NCBI GenBank assembly: GCA_036444275.1
Contig: JAZGAD010000022.1
Location: 1 to 14,731, forward strand
DNA length: 14,731 nt
Origin: Candidatus Hydrothermarchaeales archaeon
GTDB taxonomy: Archaea; Hydrothermarchaeota; Hydrothermarchaeia; Hydrothermarchaeales; JAZGAD01
Direction: 5' to 3'
This document shows, in pieces, positions 1-6,605 of the stretch. The stretch's first letter is position 1, and every line of letters starts with the position of its first letter. Under the pieces are notes generated by a model that worked only from the letters and a program-made list of their open reading frames with translations, did not search any database and was not told where the DNA came from. Made by a program: the position numbers and the translations under genes.

Positions 1-1735
1 GTCCTATATCCTCCTCTTTTCCCTTGAACTCGCGCAGTATCCTAGTCAGCTCATTCTTAGCTTCTTCCAACACGGACTCCTTGCTCTCTTCCCCCCTCTG
101 GATCCGCTCGATCTTGTCCTCAAAGGCCCTGGTGAGTTCTTCGCTTATTATCTCTGGTACGTGCTCCTCAAGAGCTCCCACCACCGATAAGCCGAGTTCT
201 GTCACCTCAATAGGGCTCCCTTGGATGTAATCCCTCCGGAATAGGGTATCCACTATATCTGCTCTTGTCGCCTTGGTACCTAAACTACGCTTCTCTAGCT
301 CCTTCACCAGCGAAGACTGGTTGAATCTGTCAGGTGGCTGGGTCTTTCCTTCTTTTGGATAAATACGCAGTACCCTTAGCTCTTCGCCTATCACTAGCTC
401 TGGGATGTGTAGTTCCTTAAGTTTGAAATAGGGGTATAAAGGAAGCCACCCTTCTTCCAATGTGCGTGTCCCTTGGAACTCGAATTCTTCCTTGTTCAAA
501 AGGCATTTCACGTCTGCCTGCTCCCTGATAAGTGGGTCCCCGAAGACAGCGATGAAGCGGTGTACGACCAGCTTGTAAACCTTCTCATCAGCCGGAGAGA
601 GGCGTTTAGGCAGTGCCCCAGTGGGGTAGATAGCCGGGTGCGCTGGATCGGTTTTATTCCCCTGCCGGGGTCTCAACGTCGGTTTTTGAAGGACCGCATC
701 AACATAGCCTCTGAACTCCTGTGCCTTGCCTAAAGCCATTAGAATCCTCTTGTAGCCTATCGCGGGGGGAAGCTTCTGGGAAGCTGTCCGGGGATAGGAG
801 ATATAGCCTCCTTCATATAGGCTCTGGGCTATCTGCTGGGTTCTCTTCGGGGATAAGCGGAATATCCTCCAGCATTCTCCCTGTAGAGTGCCCAAGTCAA
901 AGGGATATGGAGCAAGTCTCTGCACCTGTTTAACGATCGCTTCCTTAACAATAGCGACATCGCATCTAGAGTCCTCCAGTACCTGTTTGCTCCTTGCCTC
1001 ATCGAAGATCTTGCCTGCAATGTGTTGTGCCTTAACTTTCATGCCCTTAACGTCGAGTTCTGCTAGGATCTCCCAATAGTCTCTTGATACGAATGTATTG
1101 ATCTCTCTTTCACGCTGCACCAATATAGCCAATGCAGGTGTCTGGACCCTTCCAGCTGAAACGATAGCCCTGCCCTTGACGCTTCTCAGGGCGTTTCCAA
1201 GGGCCCTAGAGGTGTTTATGCCCCAGTACCAGTCCATTATGTGTCTCGCTTCGCCTGCAGCAGCTAACTTCAAGTCCACATCTATGGGTTCCTGAAAGGC
1301 CTTTAATAGGTCGCTTCTGGTCAGGGCCGAGAACTTCATCCTCAGCACCTTCCTATCCCCCAGGGAGCAAGCGAACTTGAGGGCGTTGTAGCCTAGGAGC
1401 TCGCCCTCGATATCATAGTCAGTAGCAAGATAAAATTCATCTGCTTCTCTAGAAAGCTTGGAGAGTAGCTGGATGTATTTCTCTACGTAGCTCTTGGACC
1501 TATCTATCTCGCTGAGAGGGACCCATTCCACATCGAAGACTGGATACCCCCAGCCTCCTTTCACTTGCTTAAGGGAATAGAGATGCCCGGCCGCTGATGC
1601 TATTACTACCTCGGCACCGTTTGCTCTGACCTCGTAATAGGAGACGCCCATATCCCTCTTCTTAGTGTATTTGTCAGCGATGGATTGAGCGATCCTTTGA
1701 GAGACCTTGGGCTTTTCAGTGATTATCAGTTTCAT
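1..1735 (-). CDS. topA: DNA topoisomerase type IA (archaeal TopA), 3' end beyond left window edge
   Basis: Hand translation from ATG at 1735 gives MKLIITEKPKVSQRIA (TOPRIM start), AAGHLY, ATDYDIEGE, SAGRVQTPAL, catalytic GYISYPRT (Tyr codon 794-796), AHPAIYPT and LGTKATRADI. The frame is open to the edge (...EFKGKEEDIG). Not in the ORF track because no stop lies in the window. Confidence 0.97.
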   Translation of the reverse strand, partial: MKLIITEKPKVSQRIAQSIADKYTKKRDMGVSYYEVRANGAEVVIASAAGHLYSLKQVKGGWGYPVFDVEWVPLSEIDRSKSYVEKYIQLLSKLSREADEFYLATDYDIEGELLGYNALKFACSLGDRKVLRMKFSALTRSDLLKAFQEPIDVDLKLAAAGEARHIMDWYWGINTSRALGNALRSVKGRAIVSAGRVQTPALAILVQREREINTFVSRDYWEILAELDVKGMKVKAQHIAGKIFDEARSKQVLEDSRCDVAIVKEAIVKQVQRLAPYPFDLGTLQGECWRIFRLSPKRTQQIAQSLYEGGYISYPRTASQKLPPAIGYKRILMALGKAQEFRGYVDAVLQKPTLRPRQGNKTDPAHPAIYPTGALPKRLSPADEKVYKLVVHRFIAVFGDPLIREQADVKCLLNKEEFEFQGTRTLEEGWLPLYPYFKLKELHIPELVIGEELRVLRIYPKEGKTQPPDRFNQSSLVKELEKRSLGTKATRADIVDTLFRRDYIQGSPIEVTELGLSVVGALEEHVPEIISEELTRAFEDKIERIQRGEESKESVLEEAKNELTRILREFKGKEEDIG

Positions 1736-1758
1736 AGTTATAACCTAATGATGTTTTC

Positions 1759-1766
1759 ATTTTAAG
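1759..1766 (-). promoter_or_regulatory. Putative TATA box of topA (CTTAAAAT on - strand)
   Basis: AT-rich box about 24-31 nt upstream of the topA ATG with no obvious Shine-Dalgarno, consistent with a leaderless archaeal transcript (inference). Confidence 0.4.
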
Positions 1767-1982
1767 TAGCATATTTGATTTATGCTTCCTTTAGGGATTA
1801 CGTGCAATAAGCGTATATAATCTTAAGGTTTGCCTTCTTAAAGGCGGTCAAGAATACTTACTGGACAGTTAGAATGCCTTGGATATGATTACAAAATTAT
1901 GGGGTTGCATTTGTTTTTTTTGGTATGGGAGAGTGGCTTCGGGTTAGTATTCTTAGGTTTCGAGTTGAGAATCTGCAAGTAG

Positions 1983-2010
1983 AAGTCTAGAACATAAAGT
2001 CTAGAACATA
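1983..2010. repeat. Perfect 14-bp tandem duplication (AAGTCTAGAACATA x2)
   Basis: Copies at 1983-1996 and 1997-2010, each containing the palindrome TCTAGA, upstream of rtcA. Confidence 0.9.
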
Positions 2011-2063
2011 TATACCTAGAGAAACGCAAGTTCCTTAATATTGCCCAGAAAGCAGTGATTACT

Positions 2064-3098
2064 ATGATTCATATCGATGGTTCCTATGGTGAAGGAGGAG
2101 GCCAGATCCTTCGTAGCTCTATAGCTCTGAGTTCCCTTCTCGGAGAGCCCATAAGGATCGACAATATCAGGGTCAACAGGCCGAAGCCCGGGCTGGCACA
2201 ACAACACCTTACCGGGATCGAGGCAATGCAGCGTCTCACTGACGCCGAAATCAAGGGCTTAAAGCTGGGATCAACAGAAGTCGAGTTCTCTCCAAGTAGC
2301 CTACACGGAGGCAGCTACTCCATAGATATCGGCACAGCTGGAAGCATCTCCCTCGTGCTACAGGTGGTGTCCCTACCATGCGCCTTTACAGATAGCGCGG
2401 TAGAGTTAAACATTATTGGAGGTACTGATGTGGCCTGGTCGCCGCCTATAGATTATATGAAGGAGGTATTCTATCCATCAATCTCAAAGATGGGTTGCAG
2501 GACTAATCTAGAGATACTCAAGAGAGGATACTATCCCCGTGGAGGTGGTAGGGTGAACGTAAGGATTAGTCCAATGAAGCGCTTGATGCCGCTTGATTTA
2601 ACTGAGCGGGGAAAATTTCTAAAGGTCATGGGTGTAGCGCATTCCCTGAATCTACCGGAGCATATCGTGAAGAGAGAGGCGAAAGCAGCGAAACGTGTGC
2701 TGAAGGACTATTCCTGCCATATCTCTTTGGAATACGGTAGAGGCACATCCACTGGTACGGGTATAGTTCTATGGGCGTTCTTCGAAAATTCTATTCTATG
2801 TGCAAGTTCACTTGGGAAGCCTGGGAAGCCTGCTGAGAAGGTCGGTGAGGAAGCAGCTCGAAGTCTCTTGAATGAGATAGAAGCTAATGCTTCCATTGAT
2901 CTGCATCTAGGTGATCAGATAATTCCCTATTTGGCGCTCGCTGAGGGAGAATCAAGGATCTTCGTAGGTGAGCTAACAAATCACTTAAAGACGAACATCT
3001 ACGTAGTGGAAAAGATACTGAATACCAAATTTAAAATATTGACACACGAGAGAGGATATACTATAACTGTAGATGGAATTGGATTCGAGAAGAGATAA
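2064..3098 (+). CDS. rtcA: RNA 3'-terminal phosphate cyclase
   Basis: Motifs IDGSYGEGGGQILR, RPKPGL, GGTDV, RGYYPRGGG, DLHLGDQ and catalytic His in TNHLKTN. ATG 2064 preferred (GTGAT SD-like just upstream); GTG 2055 is the alternative start. Confidence 0.96.
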   Translation: MIHIDGSYGEGGGQILRSSIALSSLLGEPIRIDNIRVNRPKPGLAQQHLTGIEAMQRLTDAEIKGLKLGSTEVEFSPSSLHGGSYSIDIGTAGSISLVLQVVSLPCAFTDSAVELNIIGGTDVAWSPPIDYMKEVFYPSISKMGCRTNLEILKRGYYPRGGGRVNVRISPMKRLMPLDLTERGKFLKVMGVAHSLNLPEHIVKREAKAAKRVLKDYSCHISLEYGRGTSTGTGIVLWAFFENSILCASSLGKPGKPAEKVGEEAARSLLNEIEANASIDLHLGDQIIPYLALAEGESRIFVGELTNHLKTNIYVVEKILNTKFKILTHERGYTITVDGIGFEKR

Positions 3099-3114
3099 GG
3101 TAGGGTCTGTAAGA

Positions 3115-3122
3115 TTTATATT
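3115..3122 (+). promoter_or_regulatory. TATA box (TTTATATT) of tRNA-Leu with purine-rich BRE-like upstream sequence
   Basis: About 32 nt upstream of the tRNA 5' end. The same octamer occurs upstream of rpl18e and of the HAD gene. Confidence 0.7.
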
Positions 3123-3153
3123 CTAAATTCAGATACTCCTCTGTGTTATTAAA

Positions 3154-3239
3154 GCGGGGGTGCCCGAGCTTGGTCAAAGGGGACAGGCTTAGGACCTGTT
3201 GGCTAAGTGCCTGCGAGGGTTCGAGTCCCTTCCCCCGCA
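3154..3239 (+). tRNA. tRNA-Leu, anticodon UAG, no intron, CCA not encoded
   Basis: Acceptor stem GCGGGGG/CCCCCGC + A; anticodon arm ACAGG-CT TAG GA-CCTGT (anticodon 3190-3192); long variable arm GGC-TAAGT-GCC; T arm GAGGG-TTCGAGT-CCCTT. Confidence 0.97.
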
Positions 3240-3353
3240 CTATTTTATCAGCGAACTTTGCATACTCGTATGGTATACACCCCCTTATTAGTGTTTCAAA
3301 AGCGGCCTGAAGAACATAAGGATTTTATACTATGAAATTCAGGAGGATAAGAG

Positions 3354-3761
3354 ATGAAGAAGATTAGAGTATCTGACATCATGACGCGGGATATAGTCTC
3401 GCTTTCCGCAGATGCCTCTATTCAAGAAGCCGCCAACCTTATGCTTGATGAGAATGTGGGAAGTCTCGGAGTAAAGAAGGATGGAGTGCTGGTCGGTATT
3501 GTAACCAAGACGGATTTCGTAAGGGTCCTGGCTTTGGGTAAAAAGGTCGAAAATATAGGGGCGGTGATGTCCACACTGATAAAGGTGTCCAGTGATATTG
3601 ATCTGATTGAGGTTATTGGCATTATGCAGAAAAACAATGTAAAACATCTATTCGTGGAAGAGAGCAAGAATATCGTTGGTATAGATCTAACTGGAGTAGT
3701 CGGCATTCTGTCCCTACACGACCTTTTAAATTACCTTCCGGATATTATACGAAGTAAATAA
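3354..3761 (+). CDS. Stand-alone CBS domain pair (Bateman module) protein
   Basis: VSDIMTRDIVSL..DASIQEAANLM..NVGSLGV...LVGIVTKTDF, second repeat VMST...DLIEVIGIM..NNVKHLFV...VGILSLHDLL. SD AGGAGG at 3341-3346. Confidence 0.92.
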   Translation: MKKIRVSDIMTRDIVSLSADASIQEAANLMLDENVGSLGVKKDGVLVGIVTKTDFVRVLALGKKVENIGAVMSTLIKVSSDIDLIEVIGIMQKNNVKHLFVEESKNIVGIDLTGVVGILSLHDLLNYLPDIIRSK

Positions 3762-3771
3762 GGTGGAAGCT

Positions 3772-3972
3772 ATGGACTGGGAAAGTTTTTTGGGGTTAAT
3801 CGGGCTCTACATACTAGCCATAGTAATACTGTACCACCAGTTTATCATGACAAGGAGGATTATACATCTCACGTCTACAATCAAGGATATACTTACCAAT
3901 AGACAGAAACTCATCATGAAAAGGACGCAGGAAAAGACAGAAGGGGAAATGGAAGGGCAGGAAGCGAAATGA
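3772..3972 (+). CDS. Small single-pass membrane protein, unknown function
   Basis: Hydrophobic FLGLIGLYILAIVILY, then an amphipathic helix and charged tail. AGGTGG SD-like at 3761-3766 favours ATG 3772 (GTG 3763 alternative). Stop overlaps the next start (ATGA 3969-3972). Confidence 0.7.
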   Translation: MDWESFLGLIGLYILAIVILYHQFIMTRRIIHLTSTIKDILTNRQKLIMKRTQEKTEGEMEGQEAK

Positions 3973-4313
3973 TCCGTGACCTCTTGGCATATGGCGATAT
4001 GCTGGAATCTGCTTTTTTAACAGGTCTGATAACCGAAGGTGAGTTTCTCTTAATTGATAACATAACAGCGAATTATAAAGTATATGAGCGCCGTTTGAAG
4101 GAAGCGGTAGAGCTGGGAATAATAACCGATGATGATGAAAGACAACTGAGGGGGGTAAGGAAAAATATCTATCAAAATGCATTGAGAACCGCGCTGAAAA
4201 ATCCACTTAACGAGAGCGAGGAAAATATCCTGGAATTGTTGAAAAAAGCCCTTGGACTAGACGAAGAGACCCTTAGCCAAATCGAGGCAACTGTCAAGAG
4301 TGAATTAAAGTAA
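3969..4313 (+). CDS. Hypothetical all-helical protein with three TerB-like helix-hairpin repeats
   Basis: Repeat Y-x3-L-x2-A-x3-G-x-I-T-[ED]-x-[ED]-x3-[IL] starting at Y8, Y39 and (degenerate) Y68, ending LKKALGLDEE. ATGA-coupled to the upstream gene. The TerB resemblance is inference. Confidence 0.75.
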   Translation: MIRDLLAYGDMLESAFLTGLITEGEFLLIDNITANYKVYERRLKEAVELGIITDDDERQLRGVRKNIYQNALRTALKNPLNESEENILELLKKALGLDEETLSQIEATVKSELK

Positions 4314-4407
4314 AATAGGGGAAGGTGGATATCGTTCACTAGTTTCAAATGACTTGAGATGGGATAATTAAGTTGGGAAAAGCTCTTTTTCTATAACGGA
4401 TACAAAT

Positions 4408-5112
4408 ATGTTCATGACCTTAAACCAAGTCGTCCACCGCTACATGGGCAGGGTGCCAGAAGTGCGCACTTACTGCTCCCGCTGCATTGCTACAGAACGC
4501 TGGGACGGGAGCGTCGTTCTCATGGTAGTGGATGCTGCATTCACCTCGATTGGGCTGAACTACTTCCTGGCAGTTGTGCCTAAGGTGATGGAATTCGAGG
4601 AGCATTATGTTAAGACTAACAGGATAAAAACGCTGGAGGAGCTTGCTTCGGCGAATGTAGAAGAGCTTCGAAAGGTATGGAAGAACAGGCGCTCTTGGCA
4701 AGTTGCGAAAGAACTTGCTTCTTATCTTGCAACTTTGAAGAAGGAAAAGAGCATCAGCGAGAGAGCTACCCTGCGCCTCTGGGCTAAAAACGCTGCATCG
4801 GAAAACTGGCATCGCGATCCGATTGGACGAATAAACGGTGTAGGGATAAACACATTTCAGTACCTGCGCATGATGGGCGGCGTCGATACAGTGATGCCGG
4901 ACAAAATCGTGAAGAGGGTTATAAACCAGATTTTAATCGAAGCTGGAAAGGAGCCTGTAGAAGAGGACTTAGCCTTCATCAAAACCGTGCATAAAATAGC
5001 CACGAATACCGGCTACAAAGCAATCGAGCTGTGCTGGATGACCTGGCTGGTACAGTCAGAGGGAGACAAAATAAGGATTGAGAAATATGCCAAAGTTCTA
5101 CCAAAGATTTGA
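4408..5112 (+). CDS. Uncharacterised HhH-GPD superfamily (DNA glycosylase-like) protein
   Basis: Helix-hairpin-helix IGRINGVGINTFQYLRMMGG followed by VMPDKIVKR with Asp165 at the position of the conserved HhH-GPD Asp; N-terminal CxxC; no C-terminal 4Fe-4S motif. ATG 4414 is an alternative start. Confidence 0.7.
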   Translation: MFMTLNQVVHRYMGRVPEVRTYCSRCIATERWDGSVVLMVVDAAFTSIGLNYFLAVVPKVMEFEEHYVKTNRIKTLEELASANVEELRKVWKNRRSWQVAKELASYLATLKKEKSISERATLRLWAKNAASENWHRDPIGRINGVGINTFQYLRMMGGVDTVMPDKIVKRVINQILIEAGKEPVEEDLAFIKTVHKIATNTGYKAIELCWMTWLVQSEGDKIRIEKYAKVLPKI

Positions 5113-5135
5113 TTCCCTCAATCCAATCCATAATC

Positions 5136-5143
5136 TTTATATT
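5136..5143 (+). promoter_or_regulatory. TATA box (TTTATATT) of the rpl18e operon
   Basis: Same octamer as the tRNA-Leu promoter, about 60 nt upstream of the rpl18e GTG; SD AGGTGA at 5194-5199. Confidence 0.6.
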
Positions 5144-5203
5144 GGCAACTATCCATCCTAAGTACCCATCTAATTCGATAGGGAACTTTCTAAAGGTGAC
5201 AGT

Positions 5204-5566
5204 GTGAAGAAGAGTAAATCTCAAAATCCAGCGATGCTAGGGCTCCTTCAGGAACTATTATCTAAGGCTCGGGAGGAGAAAGCTGAGATATGGAGGGACC
5301 TCGCGAAGAGACTGAGTAGGTCTTCGTCCAGGATAGCTGAGGTAAACCTTAGCAGGATCGCAAGATACACAGATAAAGGTAGCATAGTAGCAGTGCCTGG
5401 AAAAGTCTTGGGTTCAGGTATCATATACCAGCCGATAACAGTGGCAGCTTTTAAGTTCTCAGAGCAAGCCAAAGAGAAGATAAGAGCCGCGGGTGGGGAA
5501 TGTATCTCCCTGCAGGAACTCATGGAGCGGCTTCCACAGGGGTCTAACGTCAAGATAATGGAATGA
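5204..5566 (+). CDS. rpl18e: 50S ribosomal protein L18e (eL18)
   Basis: IWRDLAKRL, EVNLSRI, VPGKVLGSG, VAAFKFS..AKEKI; first gene of the conserved L18e-L13-S9 cluster; GTG start. Confidence 0.97.
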   Translation: MKKSKSQNPAMLGLLQELLSKAREEKAEIWRDLAKRLSRSSSRIAEVNLSRIARYTDKGSIVAVPGKVLGSGIIYQPITVAAFKFSEQAKEKIRAAGGECISLQELMERLPQGSNVKIME

Positions 5567-5575
5567 AGTGACACC

Positions 5576-6004
5576 ATGAAGGTTATAGACGCTAAGGATG
5601 TGATACTAGGCCGAATGGCTTCTATAGTGGCGCGGGAATTACTGAACGGAGAGGAAGTTGCTATAGTGAACGCTGAAGAGACTGTGATCAGCGGCAGGAA
5701 GGAAGATATCTTGGAGAAATATACGCTCAGGAGGCAGAGGAAGAGCCTCGTAAACCCAGCCAGGCATGGGGTTTTCTTCCCAAGACGATCCGACCGTATA
5801 GTGCGGAGGACTGTAAGGGGCATGCTCCCCTATAAAAAGGCGAGGGGAAGCGCCGCATTTAAGAGGCTGAAAGTCTACGTGGGCGTACCCGAAGAGCTTA
5901 AGGGGCGAGAAGAGGATATGGGCTTGCCGAAGGTATCAAAGCTGAGAGTACCCAAGTATATGAAATTGAAGAGACTATGCACCCTCTTAGGAGGCAGTAC
6001 ATGA
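5576..6004 (+). CDS. rpl13: 50S ribosomal protein L13 (uL13)
   Basis: [51 protein letters not shown]. Confidence 0.97.
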   Translation: MKVIDAKDVILGRMASIVARELLNGEEVAIVNAEETVISGRKEDILEKYTLRRQRKSLVNPARHGVFFPRRSDRIVRRTVRGMLPYKKARGSAAFKRLKVYVGVPEELKGREEDMGLPKVSKLRVPKYMKLKRLCTLLGGST

Positions 6005-6399
6005 AGATAGTCCAGTCATCTGGGAAAAGGAAGACAGCCATAGCTAGGGCAACTATAAGAGAAGGCAAGGGGCACGTAAGGATAAATAAGAAACCACTAA
6101 ATATTTGGGAGCCTGAGTTAGCAAGGTTGAAGATTATAGAGCCGCTTCAACTGGCTGGGAAGCTTGCCGAAAAAGTGGATATAGAGGTAAACGTGAAAGG
6201 CGGTGGATTCATGGGGCAAGCCGAGGCTGTTAGAACTGCCATAGGCAAGGGCTTGATAGAATTCAGCGGTGATTTAAAGCTTAAGGATGCATTGATGGAC
6301 TATGACAAGACGATTATAAAAGGGGACCACCGGCGGACGGAAACCAAGAAGTATGGTGGAATTGGTGCCAGAGCGATGAAGCAAAAGTCCTATAGGTAG
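6001..6399 (+). CDS. rps9: 30S ribosomal protein S9 (uS9)
   Basis: [29 protein letters not shown]-terminal [11 protein letters not shown]. True start is ATG 6001 (ATGA overlap with the rpl13 stop, SD GGAGG 5990-5994), not 5977. Confidence 0.97.
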   Translation: MKIVQSSGKRKTAIARATIREGKGHVRINKKPLNIWEPELARLKIIEPLQLAGKLAEKVDIEVNVKGGGFMGQAEAVRTAIGKGLIEFSGDLKLKDALMDYDKTIIKGDHRRTETKKYGGIGARAMKQKSYR

Positions 6400-6407
6400 G
6401 AAAAGTT

Positions 6408-6605
6408 ATGATAATACCGGTTAGATGCTTTAGTTGCGGCAGTGTGATCGCAGACAAATACGAAGAGTTCATGACGCGATCCAAGAAAGAGAATCCCAAA
6501 GAAGTATTAAACTCTCTAGGGCTACAGAGGTACTGCTGCCGGAGGATGCTTCTGAGCCATGCGGACTTAATAGACGAGATAATAAGATATGAGAAGGGGC
6601 CGTAG
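6408..6605 (+). CDS. rpoN: DNA-directed RNA polymerase subunit N (Rpo10)
   Basis: [11 protein letters not shown] ... [11 protein letters not shown] zinc-binding signature. Stop TAG 6603-6605 lies inside tRNA-Pro. Confidence 0.97.
   Translation: MIIPVRCFSCGSVIADKYEEFMTRSKKENPKEVLNSLGLQRYCCRRMLLSHADLIDEIIRYEKGP

Noticed and set aside
24-1295. Short ORFs in the track over the first 1.3 kb
   Set aside because: They are antisense or out-of-frame shadows of the continuous topA frame.
1885-1947. 20-codon ORF MITKLWGCICFFWYGRVASG in the topA-rtcA spacer
   Set aside because: Too short, no convincing SD, and its hydrophobicity comes from the T run.
1745-1980. Possible C/D box sRNA
   Set aside because: Only degenerate C-box-like words (ATGATGT, ATGATTA) and no suitably placed CTGA D box.
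1983-2010. Possible CRISPR repeat remnant
   Set aside because: Only two abutting 14-bp copies, no spacers and no cas genes.
4374-4395. Dyad AAAAG-CT-CTTTT upstream of the glycosylase-like gene
   Set aside because: Low complexity with a 2-nt loop; equally explained as a BRE/TATA-like or U-tract sequence, so not called.
5108-5190. attR-like copy of the tRNA-Leu 3' end at the right border of the accessory block
   Set aside because: Only a weak resemblance (TTTGATTCCCTC versus TTCGAGTCCCTT) and no integrase; an active integrative element is not supported.
5248-5823. 191-aa - strand ORF and other long antisense ORFs (e.g. 11181-11657, 6886-7260, 8286-8663)
   Set aside because: They lie opposite well-conserved genes, are Ser/Leu/Phe-rich as expected for codon mirror images, and have no motifs.
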